Part shown: in pieces, positions 26,304-34,542 of the stretch
Position numbering within the stretch: position 1 is the first letter of the stretch
How the letters are laid out: each line of letters begins with the position of its first letter
NCBI GenBank assembly: GCA_016202875.1
Contig: JACQNX010000054.1
Span: forward strand, 1 to 47,749
Origin: Candidatus Aenigmatarchaeota archaeon
GTDB lineage: Archaea > Aenigmatarchaeota > Aenigmatarchaeia > GW2011-AR5
DNA length: 47,749 nucleotides
Direction of reading: 5' to 3'
Notes under the pieces: model-generated
Told to the model about the DNA's origin: nothing
What the model saw: the letters and a program-made list of their open reading frames with translations, nothing else
Database searches by the model: none
Position numbers and translations under genes: made by a program

Positions 26304-27383
26304 ATGGATATTGAAACAAGGTTAGACATTATAAAGAAACCGCCTACAGAGGAAATCATTACAGAGCAAGATCTGAAAATGCTTCTGGAAACAAAGGCAA
26401 AGCCCGTAGCATACGACGGCTTCGAGCCCTCTGGAATTTTACATCTTGGAAGCGGAGTTCTAAGGGCGATAAAAATTAATGACCTTCTAGAAGCGAAAGT
26501 TGATTTCATCTTGTGGATTGCGGACTGGTTCGGCTACATCAACAACAAGATGGGCGGAGACCTGGAACTTATTAAAAAAGTTGGCGAGTATTTTATCGAG
26601 GGCTGGAGGGCATGCGGCGTTGACATCAAAAGAGTAAAGATATTGTGGACAAGTGATGCTGTTAAGGACCCTGCATATTGGAAAGGCGTGCTTGACGTCG
26701 CCAAGCTCACCACAGTACAGAGAACAATAAGGGCAAGCCCGATAATGGGGAGAAGCGAGGCTGATATCAAATACACTGCCCAGCTCTTTTATCCTATGAT
26801 GCAGGCCTGGGATCCATTTTATTTCAAAGCCGATATACTGCAGCTTGGAATGGACCAGAGGCATGCGACACTTCTTTCCAGAGAACTGGCAGAAAGGCTC
26901 GGACAGACACCAAGGGTTTGCGTGCACCATCACTTGCTTGCGGGTCTGCAGGGAGTAAAAGGACGAATGGGGCAGGAAATGGCGACGCTTCAAACAGAAG
27001 ATAAGATGAGCAAGTCCAAGCCGCAAACTGCAATATTCATACATGATAGCACAAAGGAAATAGAGGAAAAAATAAACAAGGCATTCTGCCCGGAAAAGAT
27101 TACAGAAGGAAATCCTGTCCTTGAAGCCTGGAAATATATAATCCTCAGGAAATTTGATTCGAGAACGATAAAGAGGCCGGCAAAATTTGGCGGAGCTGTT
27201 GAAATACACGACTACCATGAGCTTGAAAATATATTCAGGTCTGGAAAACTGCACCCGCTGGATTTGAAAAAAGAAACAGCAGAGGCGGTCGATGAAATAC
27301 TGAGGCCAGTAAGGAAGCACTTCGAAAAGGCCAAAGCAAGGCGGCTTTACGAGACTGTGAAGAATGCGCAAGTAACCAGATAG
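26304..27383 (+). CDS. tyrS: tyrosyl-tRNA synthetase, archaeal type
   Basis: Collinear with M. jannaschii TyrRS as I recall it: 'YDGFEPSGILHLGSG', 'LGMDQRHATLLSRELA', 'KMSKSKP' and 'IKRPAKFGG...ELHPLDLK'. Confidence 0.9.
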   Translation: MDIETRLDIIKKPPTEEIITEQDLKMLLETKAKPVAYDGFEPSGILHLGSGVLRAIKINDLLEAKVDFILWIADWFGYINNKMGGDLELIKKVGEYFIEGWRACGVDIKRVKILWTSDAVKDPAYWKGVLDVAKLTTVQRTIRASPIMGRSEADIKYTAQLFYPMMQAWDPFYFKADILQLGMDQRHATLLSRELAERLGQTPRVCVHHHLLAGLQGVKGRMGQEMATLQTEDKMSKSKPQTAIFIHDSTKEIEEKINKAFCPEKITEGNPVLEAWKYIILRKFDSRTIKRPAKFGGAVEIHDYHELENIFRSGKLHPLDLKKETAEAVDEILRPVRKHFEKAKARRLYETVKNAQVTR

Positions 27384-27424
27384 AATATGCATAGGATTAT
27401 AAGCTTTTTTGACAACGTTAGCTT

Positions 27425-27823
27425 ATGCCCAAGAAACTGCTTGTTGCCGTTGCTACGATTTGGATGTCCGGCTGCACATTCATGTACACAAAAGAAAATA
27501 ATGGAATAGTGCATACAAGAGATACGCTATGCAGGCTCGACGCATATTGGGACAAAAATACCAAGCCGGAAAAGATATATGGCATACGTGGCGAAGGCGA
27601 TCAAACCGACTTGCTTGTTTGCACACTCGGAAACTTGAATACGTGCGAAAGGGTTGGCGGCCATGACGCTTATGCGCGGTTTGGCCTACACCCAGTAACG
27701 AGTGTGCTATGGCCAAGAGAATACAACATCGATAAAATAGATAAAGTTGACAATGGCTCTGCAAGGGCCGAGGCACTTTTACAAGAACTGAAGAGCGTAA
27801 AAGCCCGCCATGGTCAGAGATAA
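27425..27823 (+). CDS. putative lipoprotein / secreted protein
   Basis: N-terminal 'MPKKLLVAVATIWMSGC' is a signal peptide with a lipobox-like Cys. Confidence 0.5.
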   Translation: MPKKLLVAVATIWMSGCTFMYTKENNGIVHTRDTLCRLDAYWDKNTKPEKIYGIRGEGDQTDLLVCTLGNLNTCERVGGHDAYARFGLHPVTSVLWPREYNIDKIDKVDNGSARAEALLQELKSVKARHGQR

Positions 27824-27923
27824 CGCGGCTAAGGGAGCACCGCCCTCCACTAAAGAAATAGGCCAGATAAAACTGGACAGGCAACGGTTCAGGGAGAACA
27901 AAACCTGCCGGAGCCTTTTGATG

Positions 27924-28232
27924 TTATTCGAATTTGTGCAGGCAGTACGATAAATCTATCCTGCCGTTTCTGATTCCAATTCCGTCTTTTTTCAGCAATC
28001 GGATTTTCTTTTCTACATGCTTACCTTTCATGCAGCCCGCATAGCCATGGACTTTACCTGACGAGGCAATAACTTTGTAGCAGGGATATTTATCGGGAAA
28101 AGGATTTTGCCTCATTATCTGACCAACTGCGCGCGGGGATGTTTTTGCAGCGCGGGCGAGAGAGCCATAGGTAGTAATCTTACCTTTTGGCACCTTTCTT
28201 AGCAATTCCAGAACTTCAAGAGACTTTGACAT
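27924..28232 (-). CDS. single-domain MGMT-family protein (O6-alkylguanine alkyltransferase C-domain) with variant PCYKV site
   Basis: 'KGKITTYGSLARAAKTSPRAVGQIMRQNPFPDKYPCYKVIASSGKVHGYAG' is collinear with the Ogt DNA-binding/active-site domain. I chose the ATG at 28232; the longer track ORF would overlap the serS promoter and start. Confidence 0.7.
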   Translation of the reverse strand: MSKSLEVLELLRKVPKGKITTYGSLARAAKTSPRAVGQIMRQNPFPDKYPCYKVIASSGKVHGYAGCMKGKHVEKKIRLLKKDGIGIRNGRIDLSYCLHKFE

Positions 28233-28254
28233 ATTAATCTTTCTAATCCAATGC

Positions 28255-28262
28255 TTTAAAAA
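28255..28262. promoter_or_regulatory. shared TATA box (TTTAAAAA) for the divergent MGMT-like gene and serS
   Basis: Centred about 26 nt from both the ATG at 28232 (minus) and the ATG at 28284 (plus), so both genes would be leaderless. Confidence 0.45.
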
Positions 28263-28283
28263 CAAAAAAGCAAAGATGATAAT

Positions 28284-29558
28284 ATGCTTGACATAAAACT
28301 TATCAGAGAAAATCCCACGCTTGTCAAAAAGAATCTTGAGAAGAGACACGACAGCGAAAAGATGCACATGCTGGAGGAGCTTATCAGGAAGGACAGGCAG
28401 AGACTTGATGTTTTGAAGGCTGTTGAGGCGTTGAGAAAGCAAAGGAATATAGTGACGAAAGACATTTCAGAGGCAAAGACAAAGGGCAAGGAGATAGAAA
28501 AGCTTGCACATCAGGCGCGCACGATTCCAAAGCAGATAAAAGAGCAGGAAGAGAAGCTGAACTCTCTTGTGTTAGAAATTGACTTGTTGCTGGCAAAACT
28601 TCCTAATATGCTGCACGATACAGTGCCAACAGGCAAGGACGACAAGGATAACAAAGAGATAAGGCGAGCCGGAAAAAAACCTAAGTTCTCGTTCCAGCCT
28701 AAAAACCATGCAGAGATTTTGGAAAAACTGGGCATGCTCGATTTGGAAAGAGGAGCCAAGGTAGCAGGGCATGGATTCTATTACCTGAAAGGCGATGCTG
28801 TAATGCTTGATATTGCGCTGCAGCGTTTTGCACTGGATTTTCTGAGGAAAAAAGGCTTCACTGTAATTGGGCCGCCGCTTATGCTCAATGAAGAGGCATT
28901 TCGTGGGGTTACGGACTGGGATACATTTAGCACACAATCGTATAAGATAGAGGGCGAGGACCTCAGGCTCATTGGAACAGCGGAGCATCCACTTGGCGGT
29001 ATGTTCAAGGACGAAGTGCTGGTGCAAAGAGATTTGCCTGTCCTGCTCGCTGGTGTCAGTGCGTGCTTCAGGAAGGAAGTTGGTGCTCATGGGAAATACA
29101 CGAAAGGCCTGTTCAGGGTACACCATTTCAACAAAGTGGAACAATTCGTTTTCTGCCACCCGAAAGATTCCTGGGCTTGGCACGAGAAGATCCAGCAGAA
29201 CGCAGAACAACTTTACAAACAACTGGGATTGCATTTCCGTGTTGTAAATGTCTGTACAGGAGACATAGGCGACATTGCAGCGAAAAAGTATGACATAGAG
29301 GTGTGGATGGCTGACAATGTGTTCAGGGAAGCGGGGAGCAACTCTAACTGCACAGACTATCAAACAAGAAACCTACATATAAAATACAGGGAAAAAGAGG
29401 GACAGCCACCAGCGGGGTTTGTTCACACGCTGAACAATACAGCACTAGCTACAAGCAGAGTAATGGTTGCACTGATAGAACAGAACCAGAAGAAAGACGG
29501 GAGCGTTGCTGTGCCGAAAGCATTGTGGGAATACACCGGATTCAAGAAGCTGGGATAA
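28284..29558 (+). CDS. serS: seryl-tRNA synthetase
   Basis: 'MLDIKLIRENP', an N-terminal coiled coil, and class II motifs including 'CFRKEVGAHG'. Confidence 0.9.
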   Translation: MLDIKLIRENPTLVKKNLEKRHDSEKMHMLEELIRKDRQRLDVLKAVEALRKQRNIVTKDISEAKTKGKEIEKLAHQARTIPKQIKEQEEKLNSLVLEIDLLLAKLPNMLHDTVPTGKDDKDNKEIRRAGKKPKFSFQPKNHAEILEKLGMLDLERGAKVAGHGFYYLKGDAVMLDIALQRFALDFLRKKGFTVIGPPLMLNEEAFRGVTDWDTFSTQSYKIEGEDLRLIGTAEHPLGGMFKDEVLVQRDLPVLLAGVSACFRKEVGAHGKYTKGLFRVHHFNKVEQFVFCHPKDSWAWHEKIQQNAEQLYKQLGLHFRVVNVCTGDIGDIAAKKYDIEVWMADNVFREAGSNSNCTDYQTRNLHIKYREKEGQPPAGFVHTLNNTALATSRVMVALIEQNQKKDGSVAVPKALWEYTGFKKLG

Positions 29559-29866
29559 TGATAGAACAACTTACTTACATGATTTTGCTCCTGGTTTTCA
29601 CGGGGCTGCCGATTCTATATTTTTGGCTGCGCCAATACAAATTTTTAATAAAATTTAAAAAAATCTTTCTCTACACACTTATAGGCACTAGTGTAATATC
29701 TTTCTTTTGGGATTATATAGCAGTAAAGGATAATGTTTGGATTTTTCATAACATCCTCGGCATATGGATACTGGGCCTGCCTTTAGAAGAATGGCTATTT
29801 TTCTGGTTCGTTTCTTTTGCCATTGTTTCTGTAATACTTGGATTTATAGGAAGTGCGAAGAAATGA
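29558..29866 (+). CDS. lycopene cyclase domain protein (CrtYc-like half)
   Basis: Roughly 100-aa polytopic protein with 'WDYIAVKDNVWIF...LGLPLEEWLFF' (PxEE motif). The ATG overlaps the serS stop (TAATG). Confidence 0.6.
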   Translation: MIEQLTYMILLLVFTGLPILYFWLRQYKFLIKFKKIFLYTLIGTSVISFFWDYIAVKDNVWIFHNILGIWILGLPLEEWLFFWFVSFAIVSVILGFIGSAKK

Positions 29867-30231
29867 GCTTCGGGCAACTTTCGTATTTTGTTTATATGGC
29901 AATATTCTGCTGGATTCCTATAGCTTTGATTTGGGCAAGACATCGTAATATTCTGCGCAAGTACAAACACCCTATCAGAAATCTCATTATACTGACCCTC
30001 CCGATCTATTTGCTATGGGATAACCTGTCGGTTTATTTCAGGGCATGGACATACTCACCTGAAAAAGCTGTCGGCATTTATTTATTTTTCTCGCCCATTG
30101 AAAGCCTTATTTTTACATTAAGCGTTGACCTGGCAGTAGCCTTTATAACAATAATCATGTACGAGCAATACAAAAAGAATCGCAACATCACATTTTTAAA
30201 GCTTTTCTACTATATTATACTTCGCAAGTGA
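29863..30231 (+). CDS. lycopene cyclase domain protein (CrtYd-like half)
   Basis: 'LWDNLSVYFRAWTYSPEKAVGIYLFFSPIESLIF'. ATGA overlap with the preceding half. Confidence 0.6.
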   Translation: MSFGQLSYFVYMAIFCWIPIALIWARHRNILRKYKHPIRNLIILTLPIYLLWDNLSVYFRAWTYSPEKAVGIYLFFSPIESLIFTLSVDLAVAFITIIMYEQYKKNRNITFLKLFYYIILRK

Positions 30232-30264
30232 TGAGGAGCAATCCGATCAATTTCTGGTGATTCA

Positions 30265-32442
30265 GTGAGCCATACTCTAATTATTTCGGAGAAGCCATCT
30301 GCAGCAAAATCCATAGCTGAGGCACTAGCAGAAGGAAAGGTTAAGACGCATGGAGATGACGGCAGCAAGGCTGTTTATTACGAGTTTGTGAGGGACAACA
30401 AGGACTTCATGGTTGTGCCGGCAGTGGGACACTTGTTCACGCTCAAGCAAATAGGTAAGGGATGGAACTATCCCGTGTTTGATGCAGATTGGTCGCCGAC
30501 ATTCCAGGCGAACAAATTTGCCAAGTTCACGGAGCCCTATTTCAGAAACATGGAATTGCTGGCCAAGGATGCAAAGGACGTGGTGATAGCAACAGACTAT
30601 GACGAGGAAGGGGAAGTCATAGGATATAATATTTTGACGCGTATTCTTGGTCGAAAGGATGCGACGAGAATGAAATTCTCGACAATGACAAAAGAGGAGT
30701 TGATAGACAGCTATCTTCATTCTGGAAAGATAAATAAGAATTTAATTGAAGCTGGATTAGCCCGTCATTTTCTCGACTTTTATTGGGGCTTGAGTCTAAC
30801 CCGTGCGCTCACGCTGGCAATAAAGGCTTCTGCAAAAAGATTCCGCATCCTGTCAACTGGAAGGGTGCAGGGGCCTGTGCTGCACATGCTCGCCAAGCAC
30901 GAGAAGCAGATACAGGCTTTTAGATCAAAACCATTCTGGGAACTGGGACTGGATGTTGCAATTGGGAAACAAACACTCAAGGCTCAGTACAGCAAGGACA
31001 AAATTTGGGACAAGCAGGAGGCAGACAAGATTGCGGAGAAGATCGGACAAGAGGCAAAAGTCAAAGACATTAAGACAAAAATCATGACACAGAACCCGCC
31101 TAAGCCTTACAATACAACATCTTTGCTTGCTGATATCTATAGGTACTTTGGCTACAGCCCGCAACAGGGCATGAGCATTGCCGAGGCGCTCTACCAGGCA
31201 GGGCTTATTTCCTATCCAAGAACGAGCAGCGAGAAGCTGCCTAAGGACATTAATTACAAGAAAATAATTTCTGCACTTGGAAAACAGAGCAAGTACGCAA
31301 AGGAAGCAAAACAATTACTAGCAAAAGAGCTGAAGCCTGAAGAAGGCGCGAAGACAGATACCGCACATCCTGCTGTTTATCCTACAGGAGAAGCCAAGAA
31401 AATAGGTGGAAAGCAACAGAACGTTTATGACCTTATAGTCAGAAGATTTCTTGCTTGTTTTGGTGAGCCTGCGAAAAGAGAAAGTATTAAAGTAAGCTTG
31501 GAGTCAGGTGGAGAGATTTTCTTTTTATCTGGCAAAAAAACAATTGAGGCAGGCTGGACTTTGCTTTACGGAAAATATGCCCAAAGAGAAGAAATAATAC
31601 TTCCTAATATGAGGATAGGCGATGTGCTAAAAATAAAGAAAGTGAATTTGAACGAGAAAGAGACACAGCCTCCTGCAAGATATTCTCAAGGGTCTGTATT
31701 GAAAGACATGGAGGCAAAAAATCTTGGAACCAAAGCCACCAGGAGCCAAATTCTTCAAATACTTTATAACAGAGGCTACCTGATAGGCAAGAGCATTGAG
31801 GTGACTGAGCTTGGCATGCAGCTGTCCGATGTTCTTGAGAAGAACATTCCTGATGTCGTTTCCGAGAAGCTGACTGCACATTTTGAGGAGATGACTGATG
31901 CCATAGAACTAGGCAAGGAGAGAAAAGAGAAAGTGCTGGAGGAGGCGAGGAAAAGAATAGAAAAAATATGTGACAGTTTTCGCACAAAAGAGAAGAAAGT
32001 AGGCGATGAACTAACCAAGGCTGTTATTGCGACTCAGGACAAGCAGAGCATACTAGGCACATGCAAAGCATGCAATGGCACACTCAAGGTGCACAAGAAC
32101 TGGCGCACTGGCAAGCGCTTTGCCGGATGCTCGGGCTACCCGAAAGGCTGCAGGACTGGTTATCCATTACCACGCGAGGGCATTATAACACGTACAGAAA
32201 AGCAGTGCGAAGAATGCGGGACGCCGATAATACAGGTCAGGCCTGCAGGCAGGAGGCCATTCAGGATGTGCCTGGACCCGATGTGCAAGACGAAGGCTGA
32301 ATGGCTGGACAAGAAGAAACTCAAGAAAGCGCAGGAAGAGAGCAGGGCTGCCAGCAAACTCGCAAAAGAGATGAAATGTGAACAGTGCAATAAATATTTC
32401 AAATCCAAGAGAGCCATGTCTGTCCATATGAAGGGACACTGA
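30265..32442 (+). CDS. topA: type IA DNA topoisomerase (archaeal topoisomerase I) with C-terminal Zn-ribbons and a terminal C2H2 finger
   Basis: Toprim 'LIISEKPS' and 'ATDYDEEGE'. Catalytic Tyr in 'GLISYPRTSS'. C4 ribbons 'CKACNG..CSGYPKGC' and 'CEECGT..CLDPMC'. GTG start with a GGTGA Shine-Dalgarno. Confidence 0.9.
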   Translation: MSHTLIISEKPSAAKSIAEALAEGKVKTHGDDGSKAVYYEFVRDNKDFMVVPAVGHLFTLKQIGKGWNYPVFDADWSPTFQANKFAKFTEPYFRNMELLAKDAKDVVIATDYDEEGEVIGYNILTRILGRKDATRMKFSTMTKEELIDSYLHSGKINKNLIEAGLARHFLDFYWGLSLTRALTLAIKASAKRFRILSTGRVQGPVLHMLAKHEKQIQAFRSKPFWELGLDVAIGKQTLKAQYSKDKIWDKQEADKIAEKIGQEAKVKDIKTKIMTQNPPKPYNTTSLLADIYRYFGYSPQQGMSIAEALYQAGLISYPRTSSEKLPKDINYKKIISALGKQSKYAKEAKQLLAKELKPEEGAKTDTAHPAVYPTGEAKKIGGKQQNVYDLIVRRFLACFGEPAKRESIKVSLESGGEIFFLSGKKTIEAGWTLLYGKYAQREEIILPNMRIGDVLKIKKVNLNEKETQPPARYSQGSVLKDMEAKNLGTKATRSQILQILYNRGYLIGKSIEVTELGMQLSDVLEKNIPDVVSEKLTAHFEEMTDAIELGKERKEKVLEEARKRIEKICDSFRTKEKKVGDELTKAVIATQDKQSILGTCKACNGTLKVHKNWRTGKRFAGCSGYPKGCRTGYPLPREGIITRTEKQCEECGTPIIQVRPAGRRPFRMCLDPMCKTKAEWLDKKKLKKAQEESRAASKLAKEMKCEQCNKYFKSKRAMSVHMKGH

Positions 32443-32451
32443 GGGAAATGC

Positions 32452-33183
32452 ATGAAATACTTGATGATTCTCTTGATTGCGCTACTAGCTGGCTGCGTCC
32501 AGACACAGACAAACGAATGGGCGCAATACAAAGTAAATGATATTACGATAAAATGGCTCGGGCATTCTGCTTTTATTGTGGATGGCGAGAAGACAATATA
32601 TTTTGATCCTTTTGTTCTGGATGCAAATCCCAAACAGGCAGACTACATACTCATCACCCACGAGCACTTTGATCACTGCAGCCCTGAGCACGTCAAGAGA
32701 ATACAGACAGACAGGACAAGAATCATCTCAACTTTCGGCTGCATAGAGAAGCTATCAGGCAAAACAAATTCCATAAAACCAACAGAATCCTTCAACTACA
32801 CATTTGACAGTATTTATATTGTTGCCTACGAGTCCTACAACAATGACAAGTCGTATCATCCTCGTGGAGATGGCGTAGGGTTTCTAGTGGACTTCAACGG
32901 CACTAAGATTTATCATGCAGGCGATACAGACAACGTAGAAGAATTTGCCAACCTTACACAGGAAAAAATAGATGTGCTGCTGGTACCGATAGGAGGCAAA
33001 TACACTATGAATGCCACAGAAGCAGCAGCGGCTGTTAAGATAATCAAACCGCGAGTTGTGATACCCATGCACTTCAATTCAGCAAAATACGGTATTACTG
33101 ATGTCGAAGCAGACGCTGAGCAGTTCAAGGCCCTTCTTGGCGGGTCGGGAATAGATGTCGTGATTTTAAAAGCTGCAGCGTGA
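32452..33183 (+). CDS. MBL-fold hydrolase with lipoprotein signal (UPF0173-like)
   Basis: 'MKYLMILLIALLAGC' lipobox, 'ILITHEHFDHCS' and 'HAGDT'. Confidence 0.75.
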   Translation: MKYLMILLIALLAGCVQTQTNEWAQYKVNDITIKWLGHSAFIVDGEKTIYFDPFVLDANPKQADYILITHEHFDHCSPEHVKRIQTDRTRIISTFGCIEKLSGKTNSIKPTESFNYTFDSIYIVAYESYNNDKSYHPRGDGVGFLVDFNGTKIYHAGDTDNVEEFANLTQEKIDVLLVPIGGKYTMNATEAAAAVKIIKPRVVIPMHFNSAKYGITDVEADAEQFKALLGGSGIDVVILKAAA

Positions 33184-33244
33184 AATCCACTGCTTAAAAA
33201 CGGCGGAATGCTAAGCTTAAACCCTTTTCTGATAATGCTTTGAG

Positions 33245-33520
33245 ATGTTGCTGAAGATTCTGGGAGCTATAGATATTTTCAGCGCACTAATCATCATATT
33301 CAACATATACAACATTCACTGGATTATCACAACAGTTCATGTTATTGTGCTTTTTGTGAAGGGCATAACGAGTTTGATTTCTGACGCCCCAGGAGTTGTA
33401 ATGGGTTTGACGGATATAATGGCTGCCTTGTTTATTTACTTCGCTGTTACAGGGCTGCTGCCCATAAAAATTATTCTTTTTATCGTCCTTGTAGGCAAAG
33501 GTGCTTATAGCCTGGCCTAA
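33245..33520 (+). CDS. small integral membrane protein (about 3 TM segments)
   Basis: The 91-aa ORF is strongly hydrophobic and has an ATG start. Confidence 0.45.
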   Translation: MLLKILGAIDIFSALIIIFNIYNIHWIITTVHVIVLFVKGITSLISDAPGVVMGLTDIMAALFIYFAVTGLLPIKIILFIVLVGKGAYSLA

Positions 33521-34206
33521 AAGATATCGAACTTCTTCGTTTCTTCAAGCCCTTTCTCTACTATCTTAAACTCTATAGCTTTACCTTCGCCAATAGACCT
33601 ATGCTTACGGACTATCGCAACACGGTGATTGTCTTTTTCAAGCTTTCTTAATTCTACCAGAGTTTTGGACCAATAGCGGGCGATGGTGCGGGATGTCAGT
33701 TCGACTTTGTCGTCCTTTGTATAAACTTGATTTGTGACAAGGACAGGAATTTTGTGTTTCCTCGTAATTTTTGACAAAACAGAATATTGCGTAGCCAACT
33801 GCCTGTTGACCAAGGAAAAATTTGTGTCATCGAGATGAAGCCTGTAGAGGGCGACAAGAGAGTCAATTACAATCAAGGATATATCTTCTTTTTCTACCAT
33901 CTTTTCCAGGCTCTGCACTATTTTATGCTGTTCATCCCAGTCATGGACCTGCAGCAAGAATATATTTTTCATATCTTTTTGCGTCCCACCAAGCTGGGCG
34001 AATCGCTCATAGGAGAAAGATCCTTCTGTGTCAATATAGACAGACTTGTTATTTTTGACAACACCCAGGACTGTGCAGAGCGCTATATTGGTTTTTCCTG
34101 AACCAGGAGGGCCGTACACGTTTGTTATCGTATCTATTTCCAGGCCTCCGTTAAGAATCTTATCGAGCGGGGTTTTGGTGGGCAACCTGTCTGTCAGCTT
34201 TTCCAT
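33517..34206 (-). CDS. radB: DNA repair and recombination protein RadB
   Basis: 229 aa RecA-fold protein without an HhH N-domain. Walker A 'GPPGSGKTNIAL' and Walker B 'LIVIDS'. Confidence 0.85.
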   Translation of the reverse strand: MEKLTDRLPTKTPLDKILNGGLEIDTITNVYGPPGSGKTNIALCTVLGVVKNNKSVYIDTEGSFSYERFAQLGGTQKDMKNIFLLQVHDWDEQHKIVQSLEKMVEKEDISLIVIDSLVALYRLHLDDTNFSLVNRQLATQYSVLSKITRKHKIPVLVTNQVYTKDDKVELTSRTIARYWSKTLVELRKLEKDNHRVAIVRKHRSIGEGKAIEFKIVEKGLEETKKFDIF

Positions 34207-34295
34207 GAATATGCTCTCTTCTGAGACTTTTTAGAGGTATCGTATAGAAGATTTTGAACGCAAGAAATAAAAACACGTAAAACAGAAAAAGTAGA

Positions 34296-34496
34296 ATGAA
34301 GTGCGACACAGGAAAGTGCAAAAAAGAAGCAGCCACAAACATGATTATCAGGGACTATCTTAACAGGCCTATAATTGTCATCAGAGTATGCCGCGAACAC
34401 TTGGAAAAACTATACCAGAGCGGATTCTTTTCAGGTGGCATGCTCAAGCAGCAGAGAGAAGAGGCGGAGAAAGTTCTTGGTTCTAATAAAGCTTAA
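34296..34496 (+). CDS. small Cys/His protein (possible Zn-binding)
   Basis: 'MKCDTGKC...VCREH' gives a C-x4-C...C-x2-H pattern. ATG start. Confidence 0.3.
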   Translation: MKCDTGKCKKEAATNMIIRDYLNRPIIVIRVCREHLEKLYQSGFFSGGMLKQQREEAEKVLGSNKA

Positions 34497-34542
34497 ATAC
34501 TTTTAGTGTCATGAGTTACTCTAAATAACATACTGCGGCAGG

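Noticed and set aside
26487-27392. A 301-aa minus-strand ORF covers almost all of tyrS. Similar long antisense ORFs occur at 28572-29363 (serS), 36145-36945 (intein), 40602-41168 (purD/purN), 8293-8880, 11217-11708 and 17461-17997.
   Set aside because: Each lies fully antisense to a gene with strong family motifs. Their translations are Cys/Phe/Leu/Arg-rich and low in complexity, with no recognisable motifs. They are classic shadow ORFs.
27480-27884. A 134-aa minus-strand ORF in the lipoprotein / MGMT-like region.
   Set aside because: It is antisense to the signal-peptide-bearing ORF at 27425-27823, has no motifs, and its composition is typical of a shadow frame.
28233-28442. The long 172-aa version of the MGMT-like ORF, starting at 28442.
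   Set aside because: The extra 70 residues would run through the shared promoter and antisense into serS, and they show no homology-like features. The MGMT domain begins at the internal Met (28232), which sits at the correct distance from the TATA box.
29525-29557. The upstream ATG given by the ORF track for the first lycopene-cyclase-domain gene, and likewise 29764 for the second.
   Set aside because: These starts would overlap serS by 34 nt, or the first half-gene by about 100 nt, and would add non-hydrophobic leader peptides. The internal ATGs at 29558 and 29863 give the typical TAATG and ATGA coupling and begin directly at the first TM segment.
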